A program made the position numbers and the translations under genes. 64,000 nucleotides of DNA from a virus (taxonomy: Duplodnaviria; Caudoviricetes). Below are positions 25,475 to 34,728 of this stretch, in pieces. Every line of letters starts with the position of its first letter. Position 1 is the first letter of the stretch. The notes below the pieces were generated by a model. The model did no database searches, was not told the origin of the DNA, and saw only the letters and a list, made by a program, of their open reading frames with translations. The stretch lies in IMG/VR virus record IMGVR_UViG_3300044614_001923. The stretch is one strand, 5' to 3'.

Positions 25475-25867
25475 TTAACTATTTTTATAGAGCTTTTCTA
25501 ATAGCTCTTTAGCATCATTTACATTAGCAAGATATCCCATTTTCCTAGAGACAACAGTTTTGTTGCTTTTTATACTGTTTGTTTTTCTAACATAAGTTTG
25601 GTACATCATAATCATTTCAATATTTTTAGATTCGCTTACTGTAAGTACGTCATTCATATTGATAATAAACATATCTTCTGATGATGTTTTTAACCATGGT
25701 TCAATCTTGTATCCAGCAACTCCTGATCTTCCTTTAATCTCACAAATGATTATTGGATTTGTGACTAAAAGCATAATTGAACCATTTTCAGTATTGGGAG
25801 CAATCTTTGCAAAGATTTCTTCTCCTGTTTTCAACTTGACTGTTGCATAGAAATCGTCTTCGATCAT
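25475..25867 (-). CDS. Hypothetical protein downstream of uvsW
   Basis: 130-aa ORF, ATGA overlap with uvsW stop. Confidence 0.75.
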   Translation of the reverse strand: MIEDDFYATVKLKTGEEIFAKIAPNTENGSIMLLVTNPIIICEIKGRSGVAGYKIEPWLKTSSEDMFIINMNDVLTVSESKNIEMIMMYQTYVRKTNSIKSNKTVVSRKMGYLANVNDAKELLEKLYKNS

Positions 25868-27327
25868 TTCTTTAAATTAATAGTAATTATTTCGTAATTA
25901 AAATTCTCTTCATTGTAAATTTTTATTCTTTCAATAAAATGATTTAAAGTATAATTTTTTCTTGAGTTATAAGTACAATCATCAGCAATATCATATAGTA
26001 TTGCTTTTGTTTTATTAGCACCTTTCCTTAAAACTCTACCAATGGATTGTAAATTTCTAACTCTAGATTTGCTTGGAGATGCAAATATTACATTATGAAG
26101 ATTTTTTATATTAATACCCGTTGAGAAAACTCCATAAGATGCAACAATAACTGCATCACTTTCCCTTTCTGTAATTTCTCTAACTTGTTCTCTCTCTGCG
26201 GTTGCAACTCCACCATGAACAAAAAACACTTTTCTATTATTGTGTTTGCTATTATTTATTAGATTAAATAATGGCTCACCATGAGTTTCAATTCTCGAGA
26301 ATAAAACTAATGTATTTCCCTTTAGATCTAATACAAGATTTTTAATAAAGTTATTTCTTTTTTCATGAGTAATTATAAATTGAGTTTCATCTTCAAATGT
26401 TTCAAACTTTTTAGGTGGATGTTTTAATACTAGGCAACGAATATCCAACTTTGAAAGATGACCTTTCTCCATTAGTTCTGCAGTTTTTGTAACTTTATAT
26501 GATGGACCAAATAGTCCTTCCAAAACCCACTTATGCGTTTGAGATCCATCTAATGTTCCAGTAAATCCAAATCTATATTTTGCAGAATGAAGTTTTGACA
26601 TAATCCCAATTAAAGATTTGCTCTTGAAAAGGTGAGCTTCATCTCCAATCACAACATCAAATTCTTCGAAGAACTTTCTTTCTAGTTTATAGATAGATTG
26701 CCAGGTAGTAATTACAACAGGAAAATTATTAGTTTTTTCTCTACCAGAATAAATACGGTGGCAATATGTCTCAGCATCCCAACCATAATCCTGAAAATCC
26801 TTATACATCTGCTCTACAAGAGATGTCGTTGGAACAACTAAAAGGATTTTTTTCTGTTTATCTACAAAATATCTTACTATTGAATAAATCATCAGAGATT
26901 TGCCTGAGGCAGTTGGTGATATCAATAGTTTTCGATTATATTTTAATGCATCGTATACTCCCTCTACTTGATAATCTCTCGGAGTATGGGAGCAAATAAA
27001 TTTCATATAATCTTTTACGCCTTCATATGAAATATCTTCATTCACTTCATATGGAAGACCATAAAATTTATTTTCTTTAAATTCATAAGAATAATTATGA
27101 AGATTTAATTTGTCAATTACTTTTGGCAACAATCCAACATATATCTCTCCCGTATGTACTGACAGAAGGCGAATAAGTCCATCCCAGTGCTTACTTCTCA
27201 TCTGGGGCATGAATTTTGCTCCTGGAACTTCAAACGTAAAATATTGTTGAAGTTCATACAAAACATGAGGTTCACATTCTAACTTAATGTAAACCTCATT
27301 CTTTTTATGGATTATTACATCACTCAT
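25864..27327 (-). CDS. uvsW: UvsW SF2 helicase
   Basis: PTASGKS, GDEAH, QSIGRVLR. Confidence 0.95.
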   Translation of the reverse strand: MSDVIIHKKNEVYIKLECEPHVLYELQQYFTFEVPGAKFMPQMRSKHWDGLIRLLSVHTGEIYVGLLPKVIDKLNLHNYSYEFKENKFYGLPYEVNEDISYEGVKDYMKFICSHTPRDYQVEGVYDALKYNRKLLISPTASGKSLMIYSIVRYFVDKQKKILLVVPTTSLVEQMYKDFQDYGWDAETYCHRIYSGREKTNNFPVVITTWQSIYKLERKFFEEFDVVIGDEAHLFKSKSLIGIMSKLHSAKYRFGFTGTLDGSQTHKWVLEGLFGPSYKVTKTAELMEKGHLSKLDIRCLVLKHPPKKFETFEDETQFIITHEKRNNFIKNLVLDLKGNTLVLFSRIETHGEPLFNLINNSKHNNRKVFFVHGGVATAEREQVREITERESDAVIVASYGVFSTGINIKNLHNVIFASPSKSRVRNLQSIGRVLRKGANKTKAILYDIADDCTYNSRKNYTLNHFIERIKIYNEENFNYEIITINLKK

Positions 27328-27355
27328 AGTTAATAATAATAACTATGAATATTTA

Positions 27356-27793
27356 TTACCCCAATCCAGACTGGAATCTCATATATTCAATTGAATTTTT
27401 AATTTGATATGTTCTATTATGAATCATTTTTAATATGTCTTCAATATATTTTAGCATTACATCATAATAATCTACCTTAAGACCAACCTGTGATAATTTA
27501 TCATCAGCATCCAAATAATTCTGCATGTCACTTTTATCTCTTACTTTTTTGGGAAAGGGATTCTCAACATAGACTTCAGGATCTGCTCTTCCAGAATAAT
27601 ACTGATGCCTTTCGTGTTTTATTTTTCTTTTTTGCTGATCGGCTCTTTTTCTCAAAAGAAGGATATTATTATAAAGATCAAAATATTTTGCATGAAGTGC
27701 GGGTGTATTTAAAGACTCTGTATGTAAGTTGTCAATATCTATTTTTGAGTCTTTCTCCCACATTTTTTGGATCATTTCCAAATCAATACTCAT
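27356..27793 (-). CDS. uvsY: UvsY recombination mediator
   Basis: Synteny gp3-uvsY-uvsW; YLDAD and IHNRTYQIKNSIEY helical pattern. Confidence 0.85.
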   Translation of the reverse strand: MSIDLEMIQKMWEKDSKIDIDNLHTESLNTPALHAKYFDLYNNILLLRKRADQQKRKIKHERHQYYSGRADPEVYVENPFPKKVRDKSDMQNYLDADDKLSQVGLKVDYYDVMLKYIEDILKMIHNRTYQIKNSIEYMRFQSGLG

Positions 27794-28359
27794 AATGGAT
27801 TGCCTTTCCTGTCAAGTATATTATACATCATATATTTAAAAGTTACATCTGCTGTGAAATATTCAATGTCATTTGCTGTTGCGTCAAACTGGAGAGTTGA
27901 CAAATAAGATGGAAACATAGATCTAAATCTTACTTGAAAGTTTGTATTTTGATTACTATTCAGTACAAGTAAAGTTCCATCTGAATAAAGATTCATTTGA
28001 GATTTTGGTTGATCCTCAAAGTCTTTATTGTTATTTTGAAATTTATAAATTTCATTTAAACTTTCTGGAAATCCAATTCCTCTCATCCAATTTTGAATTT
28101 CCATGTAATTTGTCAAGTCCTCATCGACTAAAAACCGTAATGTAAAATCTTCAAATATTATCTTTTCTCCAGGAACAGGTATATCAGTTAGATATGTTGG
28201 TTGATTAGCAACTCCCAAATTCATAGATGGGATATTTGCAGAGTTTGAAAAGAATGCAACCTTAGATGCTCTATTTAAGGTAAATCTAAACCCTATAGGA
28301 GCAAGGAAATTTCTATTTGATATCTGCTTATTTACAAATGAAGTGAATTCTTCTGCCAT
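27790..28359 (-). CDS. gp3: Tail completion/tube terminator gp3
   Basis: NRNFLAPIGF, LRFLVDEDLTNY; position after gp23. Confidence 0.85.
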   Translation of the reverse strand: MAEEFTSFVNKQISNRNFLAPIGFRFTLNRASKVAFFSNSANIPSMNLGVANQPTYLTDIPVPGEKIIFEDFTLRFLVDEDLTNYMEIQNWMRGIGFPESLNEIYKFQNNNKDFEDQPKSQMNLYSDGTLLVLNSNQNTNFQVRFRSMFPSYLSTLQFDATANDIEYFTADVTFKYMMYNILDRKGNPL

Positions 28360-28380
28360 CTTTTTCTAATTATTTAGATA

Positions 28381-28406
28381 AAAAAAGGGTGCCTTTCGGC
28401 ACCCCC
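28381..28406 (-). terminator. Terminator after gp23
   Basis: GGGTGCC-GAAA-GGCACCC followed by T-run. Confidence 0.85.
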
Positions 28407-28426
28407 TGAAACCTTTGTGAAATGGA

Positions 28427-29842
28427 TCACATGAGGTTCTTGATTTGTACTCTTCTGTAGTAACGGTTCTTGTTGACAGTGAGAGCACCCAGACCCTGAT
28501 CTGAAGCATCGCCATGTGCAAATGGGTTTGCAACCAGACCATAACGGGTCTTGAAGCCAATCTTTGGCTGGAAGGTGTTTTCTCCAACTGCACGTACCAT
28601 CTGGAGAGGTACATAAGGGCAGTAGAAGAGACCTGCGTCGTAAGGTGAAGAACCCTTGTAACCAGCAACGTAGTACTGAGTTGCAGCACTGTTTGCTGAA
28701 TAAGGATCGATATAGACGCGGAACTTGCCCATCAGAACGCCAGCAAAAGTATTGCCAGTGTCATCAACGTTCAGGTTAGCGTTGAGTGCAGGGGTGTAAT
28801 CTAGAACACCAGCCATGCTCAGTGCTGAAGCAACGTCAGCGGAGCAAAGGATGATGTTGCCCTTTCCTCTACGAGTTCTTTGTGCGATTGCGTTAGCATC
28901 ACGCTCGATTTGGAACAGGAGACCCTTGAACTTCTCAACACTCCAACGTCCGTTTGAATCAACGTCAAGGTCAAAGATACCCTGAGTTGCAACGTTAGTA
29001 GCAGCGCCTTGCTCAGCAACCTTATAGATGGTTCTGATGACTTCGCGGTTGATTTCAGCAAGAATTTCGCTAGACAGAATGTTAGCGAGTTCTGCTTCAG
29101 CATTAAGACCATGAATTGCCTTCAGGTCTTGTGCAAGCTCAAGGCTGTACTCTGCTTTCAGAGCGCGTGACTTTGCTTCAACAAGAACTTTCTCGATTGA
29201 GAATGCCATCTCGTTGAACTGAGGACCACCATCAACGCCAAGATTCTCAGCGTCTCCAGTTCTCATACCCTGACCAACGTTATACAGGGCTTGGTCTTGG
29301 GTTGAAGTTGGGTTCAGAATACCTGGATTTGATCCAAGTTGACCGCTGGTAGTACCCATACCTACGTTAGGTGCAGTTGAACCTGCGGTATTACCAACAC
29401 CAGTGAAGGAACCAGCGAATGAAGTATCTGCTTCGTTGAACAGTGCTTCAGTTCCGCTCTGGCTATTGTAGCGTGAACGCATTGCGAAGATGAGTCCAGT
29501 AGGACCGTTCATTGGTTGAACGCCTGCGAGGTCATAAGCGACCAGATTAGGCATTGAACGTCTGATCAGTGAGATCAGAACAGGATCGAAACCTGCAACA
29601 GGACCACCTGCAACAGCACCACCACCATATCCACCACCACCAGCAGCGCCGTTAGCAGCATTGGTTGGGGTTTCGGTGAGGAATCCTTGCTGAGCAAAGG
29701 ATTGCTCTTCTCTTAGAAATCTTTCTTGGTTTTCGAGCAGGACAGCGGTTACGGCTCTTCTGTGTGAATCCTTGATTGGATCAAGACCTTCATAGTTCAG
29801 AAGGGGTGCCCACTTTTCCTGCAGATGCTCGGAATGGAACAT
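28427..29842 (-). CDS. gp23: Major capsid protein gp23
   Basis: KWAPLL, GVQPMNGPTGLIFAMRSRY, RALKAEYSLELAQDLKAIHG, FKTRYG. Confidence 0.98.
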   Translation of the reverse strand: MFHSEHLQEKWAPLLNYEGLDPIKDSHRRAVTAVLLENQERFLREEQSFAQQGFLTETPTNAANGAAGGGGYGGGAVAGGPVAGFDPVLISLIRRSMPNLVAYDLAGVQPMNGPTGLIFAMRSRYNSQSGTEALFNEADTSFAGSFTGVGNTAGSTAPNVGMGTTSGQLGSNPGILNPTSTQDQALYNVGQGMRTGDAENLGVDGGPQFNEMAFSIEKVLVEAKSRALKAEYSLELAQDLKAIHGLNAEAELANILSSEILAEINREVIRTIYKVAEQGAATNVATQGIFDLDVDSNGRWSVEKFKGLLFQIERDANAIAQRTRRGKGNIILCSADVASALSMAGVLDYTPALNANLNVDDTGNTFAGVLMGKFRVYIDPYSANSAATQYYVAGYKGSSPYDAGLFYCPYVPLQMVRAVGENTFQPKIGFKTRYGLVANPFAHGDASDQGLGALTVNKNRYYRRVQIKNLM

Positions 29843-29895
29843 TTGCTTTTACCTCTTTTAAAAAAGTGTGTTTTTGGGTTTGATTAATATTAAAT

Positions 29896-31068
29896 TCAGT
29901 TTTTGGCAACAACTGAAAGAGCTTTCAGATAAGCATTCATTGAATCTGAGTGATACTCAGTTGCAACGTCTACTCCTTCAGAAAGAGTTTCAGATTTTGC
30001 TGATTGAGTTGTTGATTTTGAAGGGAAATATGATTCCTTCAAAGTCTCCAGTTTCTCACGATATTGTGACTCACTTTCAAACTCAACACTTTCGGCAAGT
30101 GAAGCGAGCTTTTCCTTCTGAGAAAGTGCTAGACCCTCAGAAATTTCATCAAAGATTCCATCAGCAACCGACTCGGAGAGACGCTTGTTGAGTGAAATGT
30201 TCTTCTCAATTTGCTCGTTGAGTTTTGTCTCCATATCATCAAGTTTTTCTACCATGCTCTCAAGCACATCATATTTATCTTCAGGGATTGATACATAATG
30301 ATCTTCAAAAAGTCCTTTCAGACCAGTCATGAAGGACTCACTGAGTTCTTCCTTCAGACCGCTTTGAACGGAAAGTTGATTTTCTGAAATCCATTCGTCA
30401 GCAACGTATTCCAGATAAGCGTCAACACGCTCCTGGAGTTCTGACTTAATTGATTCTACAGTTTCAACTAATCTCTGCTCATAAGCAGACTCATATTCTT
30501 CTTCTAGAGTTTCGCGGATTTCAGCAACTTTTGATCTCAGAGCAGATTCAAAGATAGTTTTTGCTTTATCTTTGAATTCCTCTGAAAGATCTGCCTCATC
30601 TCCAGCATTGAGGAGAGCATTTACGTCATCTTCAATATCAAATGACTCTTCAATCTCTTCCTCTTCCTCTTCCTCTTCCTCTTCTTCCTCTACTTCTTCA
30701 ATTTCTTCAGTAGATTCGGAATCATCTTCGAGTTCTTGCTCTTCATCAAGAAGATCTTCGTCATCAACTTCCTCTTCCTCTTTAACAGCACCAGACAGTT
30801 TCTGCATAGAATCTGCACCTTTGGCGCCACGAGTAACTACATCACTAACAGTCTTTAGTGATGGTTCTTTAAGTTTTGATGAATCATCATCAGACTTATA
30901 GTTTTCTGGAGTAGGTCCACCAAGATCTTCCCAACTACCTGTTTGTCCAGGAGCAATACCTGTAGTTAGCTTTGGCATAGCTTCTGCAGGTTTTGCACCA
31001 GAATTTACGGCAGTTTTGGATTGCTTAGTGCCTGCTTCCATTTCTTGTAATTGATTGCCACGAGACAT
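29896..31068 (-). CDS. gp22: Prohead core scaffold protein gp22
   Basis: Highly acidic; FKDKAKTIFESA and VDAYLEYVADEW; position between gp21 and gp23. Confidence 0.9.
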   Translation of the reverse strand: MSRGNQLQEMEAGTKQSKTAVNSGAKPAEAMPKLTTGIAPGQTGSWEDLGGPTPENYKSDDDSSKLKEPSLKTVSDVVTRGAKGADSMQKLSGAVKEEEEVDDEDLLDEEQELEDDSESTEEIEEVEEEEEEEEEEEEIEESFDIEDDVNALLNAGDEADLSEEFKDKAKTIFESALRSKVAEIRETLEEEYESAYEQRLVETVESIKSELQERVDAYLEYVADEWISENQLSVQSGLKEELSESFMTGLKGLFEDHYVSIPEDKYDVLESMVEKLDDMETKLNEQIEKNISLNKRLSESVADGIFDEISEGLALSQKEKLASLAESVEFESESQYREKLETLKESYFPSKSTTQSAKSETLSEGVDVATEYHSDSMNAYLKALSVVAKN

Positions 31069-31106
31069 TTGAACTCTCCGATTTACCTTTGTATTAAATC
31101 TATATT

Positions 31107-31114
31107 TATTTATA
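31107..31114 (-). promoter_or_regulatory. T4-type late promoter upstream of gp22
   Basis: TATAAATA exact match. Confidence 0.75.
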
Positions 31115-31133
31115 ATTTGAAGAATTACACCAC

Positions 31134-31787
31134 TTATAGTGAATTTAAGAAGTCGTTGAAAAGATTAATCTTATTTTCTTCAAGTTGTTTTTGATCTACT
31201 AAACTATTGATTTTTTTATATGCTTGAGAAGCATACTTCTCACGAAGAATACCTCCATCCCATACCCATTCTTTACCTTCCATGATTCCCTGAACAAAAG
31301 CATCAGGTGCAGAAGGATCTGCAACAATATCTGCTGCAGTTGCAAGCATAAAGTCTTCACCGACTTCTTTATATCCTTCTCTATGATTTTCTTTCAGAGA
31401 TCCGATTCCCCGAGAAGATACGCCAAGAGTAACTCCGTCCTTGAGAAGTGACTCTGCAATTTTACCCATTGGAGTGGATAGAATTTGTGCTTTACCGATA
31501 AAATTATTTCCTTCACGATAGAGTTCAATAATTTTATGTGATACTCTATCCAGATTTATAGTTGGACCATCAGGATGTCCAAGTTCACCAAGAGCACGTC
31601 CTTTTTCAACATATTGTTCAGTATAACGCTTTACTTCACGTTCCATAATGGACATAGGATACATCCTTCCATTACGGTTAACACATTCTGCTTGAAGAAA
31701 AGGACCCTTAACGAAAAGTTTTTGTTGTTTTCCAGTTCCTTCTGTAAGAACTTCTACCTTTTCGATTTCTTCTCTGATTAGTTTCAT
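31134..31787 (-). CDS. gp21: Prohead protease gp21
   Basis: ALGELGHP, RVSH, GVSSRGIGS, DIVADPSAP. Confidence 0.96.
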   Translation of the reverse strand: MKLIREEIEKVEVLTEGTGKQQKLFVKGPFLQAECVNRNGRMYPMSIMEREVKRYTEQYVEKGRALGELGHPDGPTINLDRVSHKIIELYREGNNFIGKAQILSTPMGKIAESLLKDGVTLGVSSRGIGSLKENHREGYKEVGEDFMLATAADIVADPSAPDAFVQGIMEGKEWVWDGGILREKYASQAYKKINSLVDQKQLEENKINLFNDFLNSL

Positions 31788-31793
31788 TTTTTC

Positions 31794-32063
31794 TTAGTTA
31801 GTAAGTCCTACTTTAGCGGCTTTCACAGAAGCAGACGATGCCCAGATAACATATGATGGGGGTTTTTCTAAAAATTCTACAGTTGCATTTGGCATAGTAA
31901 ATGTTGCAGTGTCTGCTGCTCCAACTGTACTAGCAATACTAACTGTAGCTACACCACCAGATCCGTTATATAGTCTTACGCAAGTTGCGTCAGAAATACT
32001 TGAACCTGCTCCAGCACTTGTACCAAGAGCAACTTCAGTTGCTATTACCTTTGTCCTTTGCAT
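31794..32063 (-). CDS. Small hypothetical protein in head cluster
   Basis: 89-aa ORF; ATAAATA at 32089-95. Confidence 0.7.
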   Translation of the reverse strand: MQRTKVIATEVALGTSAGAGSSISDATCVRLYNGSGGVATVSIASTVGAADTATFTMPNATVEFLEKPPSYVIWASSASVKAAKVGLTN

Positions 32064-32115
32064 CGTTATAATAAAGTCTTATAGTAGTTATTTATTACTT
32101 ATTTAACTTGAGGTA

Positions 32116-32307
32116 TTATTCCTCATCAATAATCTCTTCTTCTTCATCTCCCACATCTCCTGCAGGATCTCCAAAAAGTTCATTAGCAACTTCAGGTCTA
32201 AGACCATCAACTCTATCTGCTGCCTTTGCAAATAACATTTCTTTAATTTTATCGCTAATGCTTGATGGGGACTCATCAGCAATAATCATGTCCATAAGTT
32301 CGTCCAT
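32116..32307 (-). CDS. Small acidic protein, possibly gp67/68-like prohead core component
   Basis: Acidic ORF between gp20 and gp21; TATAAATA at 32336-43. Confidence 0.55.
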   Translation of the reverse strand: MDELMDMIIADESPSSISDKIKEMLFAKAADRVDGLRPEVANELFGDPAGDVGDEEEEIIDEE

Positions 32308-32338
32308 TTTAATTACCAAGTTAATTAATTTCTATTAT

Positions 32339-33997
32339 TTATATTTCCCCTCCAGAAGGAGGTTCTACTGCAGATGCATCAATTTCTGGTTCGACTGGAA
32401 CTTGTCCAGATTGTCCATCTATAGAATCGCTAATAGGTTCTCCTGTTTCTGGATCAACTGGAGCATTTGGATCTGGAATAATTCCCTCTTCAATTTCTTT
32501 TTGAATGATCATATCTTGCTCAACTATTTCTTGATCAGTTTGACGTAGAATTTTACGTCTAACATAATCTTGTGAGTAATATTTTCCAATATATGGTTCC
32601 GCAGTTGCTGCAAGGTTCAATCTTTCTGTAAGAAGTTCTGCTTCTTTTAACTCTGAGAAATGATTATCATATAAGAAATCATATTGAATATGTTGGGACA
32701 TTTTATCCCAATCTTCTAGAGTAATAATATTCTTGAGAATTAATTGAGTTTTTAACATGTCATTAAACATGTTAGAGAATCTCTTTCTTAAGCGTCCTAC
32801 AAATTTTGTGAATTTAAGTTCATCTCTAAGAATTTCTGATGAACGTCCGAGATTAAATCCACCCTCTCCCTCCATTCTTGATGGGGGAACGTTTAATGAC
32901 CTATAAAGTTTGCTTTGAAAATACTTAATATCAGTAATCTCTCCAAGATTTTGACCACCTGGAAGTGTAGTAATTTCTGTTCCTCTTCCACCTTCTCTAC
33001 GTGGTAACCAAAAATCTTCAAGCATACTCATAAACTTCTTATCATCACGAACTTCCCCAGTTGATGCATCGTATACTAACTTGTTACGATAGCGCATCAT
33101 AACATCACGTAAATATTGTTCTGCTTTTGCTTTAGGGAGATTTCCAACATCAATATAGAAAATACGACGCTCTGGTGCGCGAGATAATCTGTAGATAACA
33201 AGAGAATCTTCAATCATACGAAGTTGATTGAGAGACTTAATTGCTTTGTGCAAATATGAAAGCACTGTTCCCTTATTTCTATCTAAAAGTCCAGAATTGC
33301 AATATGTAATTGCATCTTTTGCAATTTTTATTCCACCACCAGAACTGGAACCCGAATTATTTGCACTACCAATCTGTCCTGCAGTTTTTGGTAAATATAG
33401 AAAATATTCATCAATTTCAGGAAAATCCAGATCAGTTGTATTTTCTTGAGTTTTTTTCGCAATGGCAAATCTATCATCATCAGTCTTTCTTTGTTGTCTT
33501 ACATAACGCATTTTCATTGCGTCAATATATCTTAGCTCTTGTATTCCTTCTTGTGGATTTTTAATATCAATTACTTTATGATAGTAAAGTCTTCCATCAA
33601 CGTACCAATTTCTATAAATTTCATGAGATTTTTTATTAAAATCTAATAGTTCTAAGATTCTTTTAAATTCTTCTCTTATTTTTCTTTTTATTCCATCACT
33701 AGCATTTAAGTTTGAAAGTTCAATTTCTACTGGAGTATCATACGTATCCGATACAATTGCCTCGCTAATAATATCTTCAATTGCACTATCAACTTCTGGA
33801 TGAAGTGCCATTTCACGATATCTTTTAATTAGATCAAATTCTGTCCTATAAACACCTTCTATATCTACATACGAACCAAAAAACCCACTAGTCAGATAAT
33901 GGTCAACCCCATCCTCATTATTAGGTGGAACGGGGGAGACTATGTTATCTGACTGTTGGGCCTTATCCTCAATAGAGAATCCAAATAATTTTGCCAT
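32339..33997 (-). CDS. gp20: Portal protein gp20
   Basis: RAPERRIFYIDVGNLPKAKAEQY, MLEDFWLPRREGGRGTEI. Confidence 0.97.
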   Translation of the reverse strand: MAKLFGFSIEDKAQQSDNIVSPVPPNNEDGVDHYLTSGFFGSYVDIEGVYRTEFDLIKRYREMALHPEVDSAIEDIISEAIVSDTYDTPVEIELSNLNASDGIKRKIREEFKRILELLDFNKKSHEIYRNWYVDGRLYYHKVIDIKNPQEGIQELRYIDAMKMRYVRQQRKTDDDRFAIAKKTQENTTDLDFPEIDEYFLYLPKTAGQIGSANNSGSSSGGGIKIAKDAITYCNSGLLDRNKGTVLSYLHKAIKSLNQLRMIEDSLVIYRLSRAPERRIFYIDVGNLPKAKAEQYLRDVMMRYRNKLVYDASTGEVRDDKKFMSMLEDFWLPRREGGRGTEITTLPGGQNLGEITDIKYFQSKLYRSLNVPPSRMEGEGGFNLGRSSEILRDELKFTKFVGRLRKRFSNMFNDMLKTQLILKNIITLEDWDKMSQHIQYDFLYDNHFSELKEAELLTERLNLAATAEPYIGKYYSQDYVRRKILRQTDQEIVEQDMIIQKEIEEGIIPDPNAPVDPETGEPISDSIDGQSGQVPVEPEIDASAVEPPSGGEI

Positions 33998-34033
33998 GAA
34001 TAAAGATTAGGTTTCTTTCTACTGTCCTATTTA

Positions 34034-34690
34034 TTAGAGTAGTGAAGAAGGACCATCATTGATTTCAAAATACTGAACTTGGAATTCAACAGTGAATTCT
34101 TCAATAGTATCTGAACTATCATATGATAGATCGATCTGAGATACGTTTGTTGGGAAAATATCATACATTTTGTATGATCTAAGAACAGTCGCTTGACCGT
34201 CTCCAGTAGCACTAAATCCAGGACCCTGAGCAGAAATGCTATTTACAACTTTGGTCCCTTCCTTCGCATTGCTTCTTCCCAGTTGATAAACAATCGCATT
34301 CTTCATGTAAGAAGTTGGATTTGATGCTCCAGTAGCGTTATCTAACTTGCTGAGGAGATTCATCCATGCCTCGAAAGCATGTCTGATCTTAAAGTCCTCA
34401 TCGTTAATAACGGTAACTGTCCAAGTATCAAAGGTTCTATCACCAGCAACCTTAAGAATTCTTCCTCTGAAGGGAACATCAATAGGAGCAACGTTTGAAG
34501 CTGGCAGAGCAGCTGCTTTACAAAGGAATCTAAAGTCTACCTTTGACTCACTATCCCACTGAGATTGAACTTCTGCGGGGAAATCATCAAGGGCAACTTC
34601 AAATAAGTTTGGTCTTGCACCACCACCAGCTAGTCTATTTTTGAATGATGATATATTCTTTATAGATGGTTTGTTAGTGGAATCAGCCAT
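34034..34690 (-). CDS. gp19: Tail tube protein gp19
   Basis: GGARPNLFEV, VPFRGR, WTVTVINDEDF, IEEFTVEFQ. Confidence 0.95.
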   Translation of the reverse strand: MADSTNKPSIKNISSFKNRLAGGGARPNLFEVALDDFPAEVQSQWDSESKVDFRFLCKAAALPASNVAPIDVPFRGRILKVAGDRTFDTWTVTVINDEDFKIRHAFEAWMNLLSKLDNATGASNPTSYMKNAIVYQLGRSNAKEGTKVVNSISAQGPGFSATGDGQATVLRSYKMYDIFPTNVSQIDLSYDSSDTIEEFTVEFQVQYFEINDGPSSLL

Positions 34691-34728
34691 TTTTTAATCC
34701 TCCTTTCCGTTTTAGTTATTGGTTAAAA

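Noticed and set aside
30572-30901. Ser-rich plus-strand ORF and GAA/GAG repeat tract
   Set aside because: Reverse complement of the poly-Glu region of scaffold gp22; not a separate gene or repeat array
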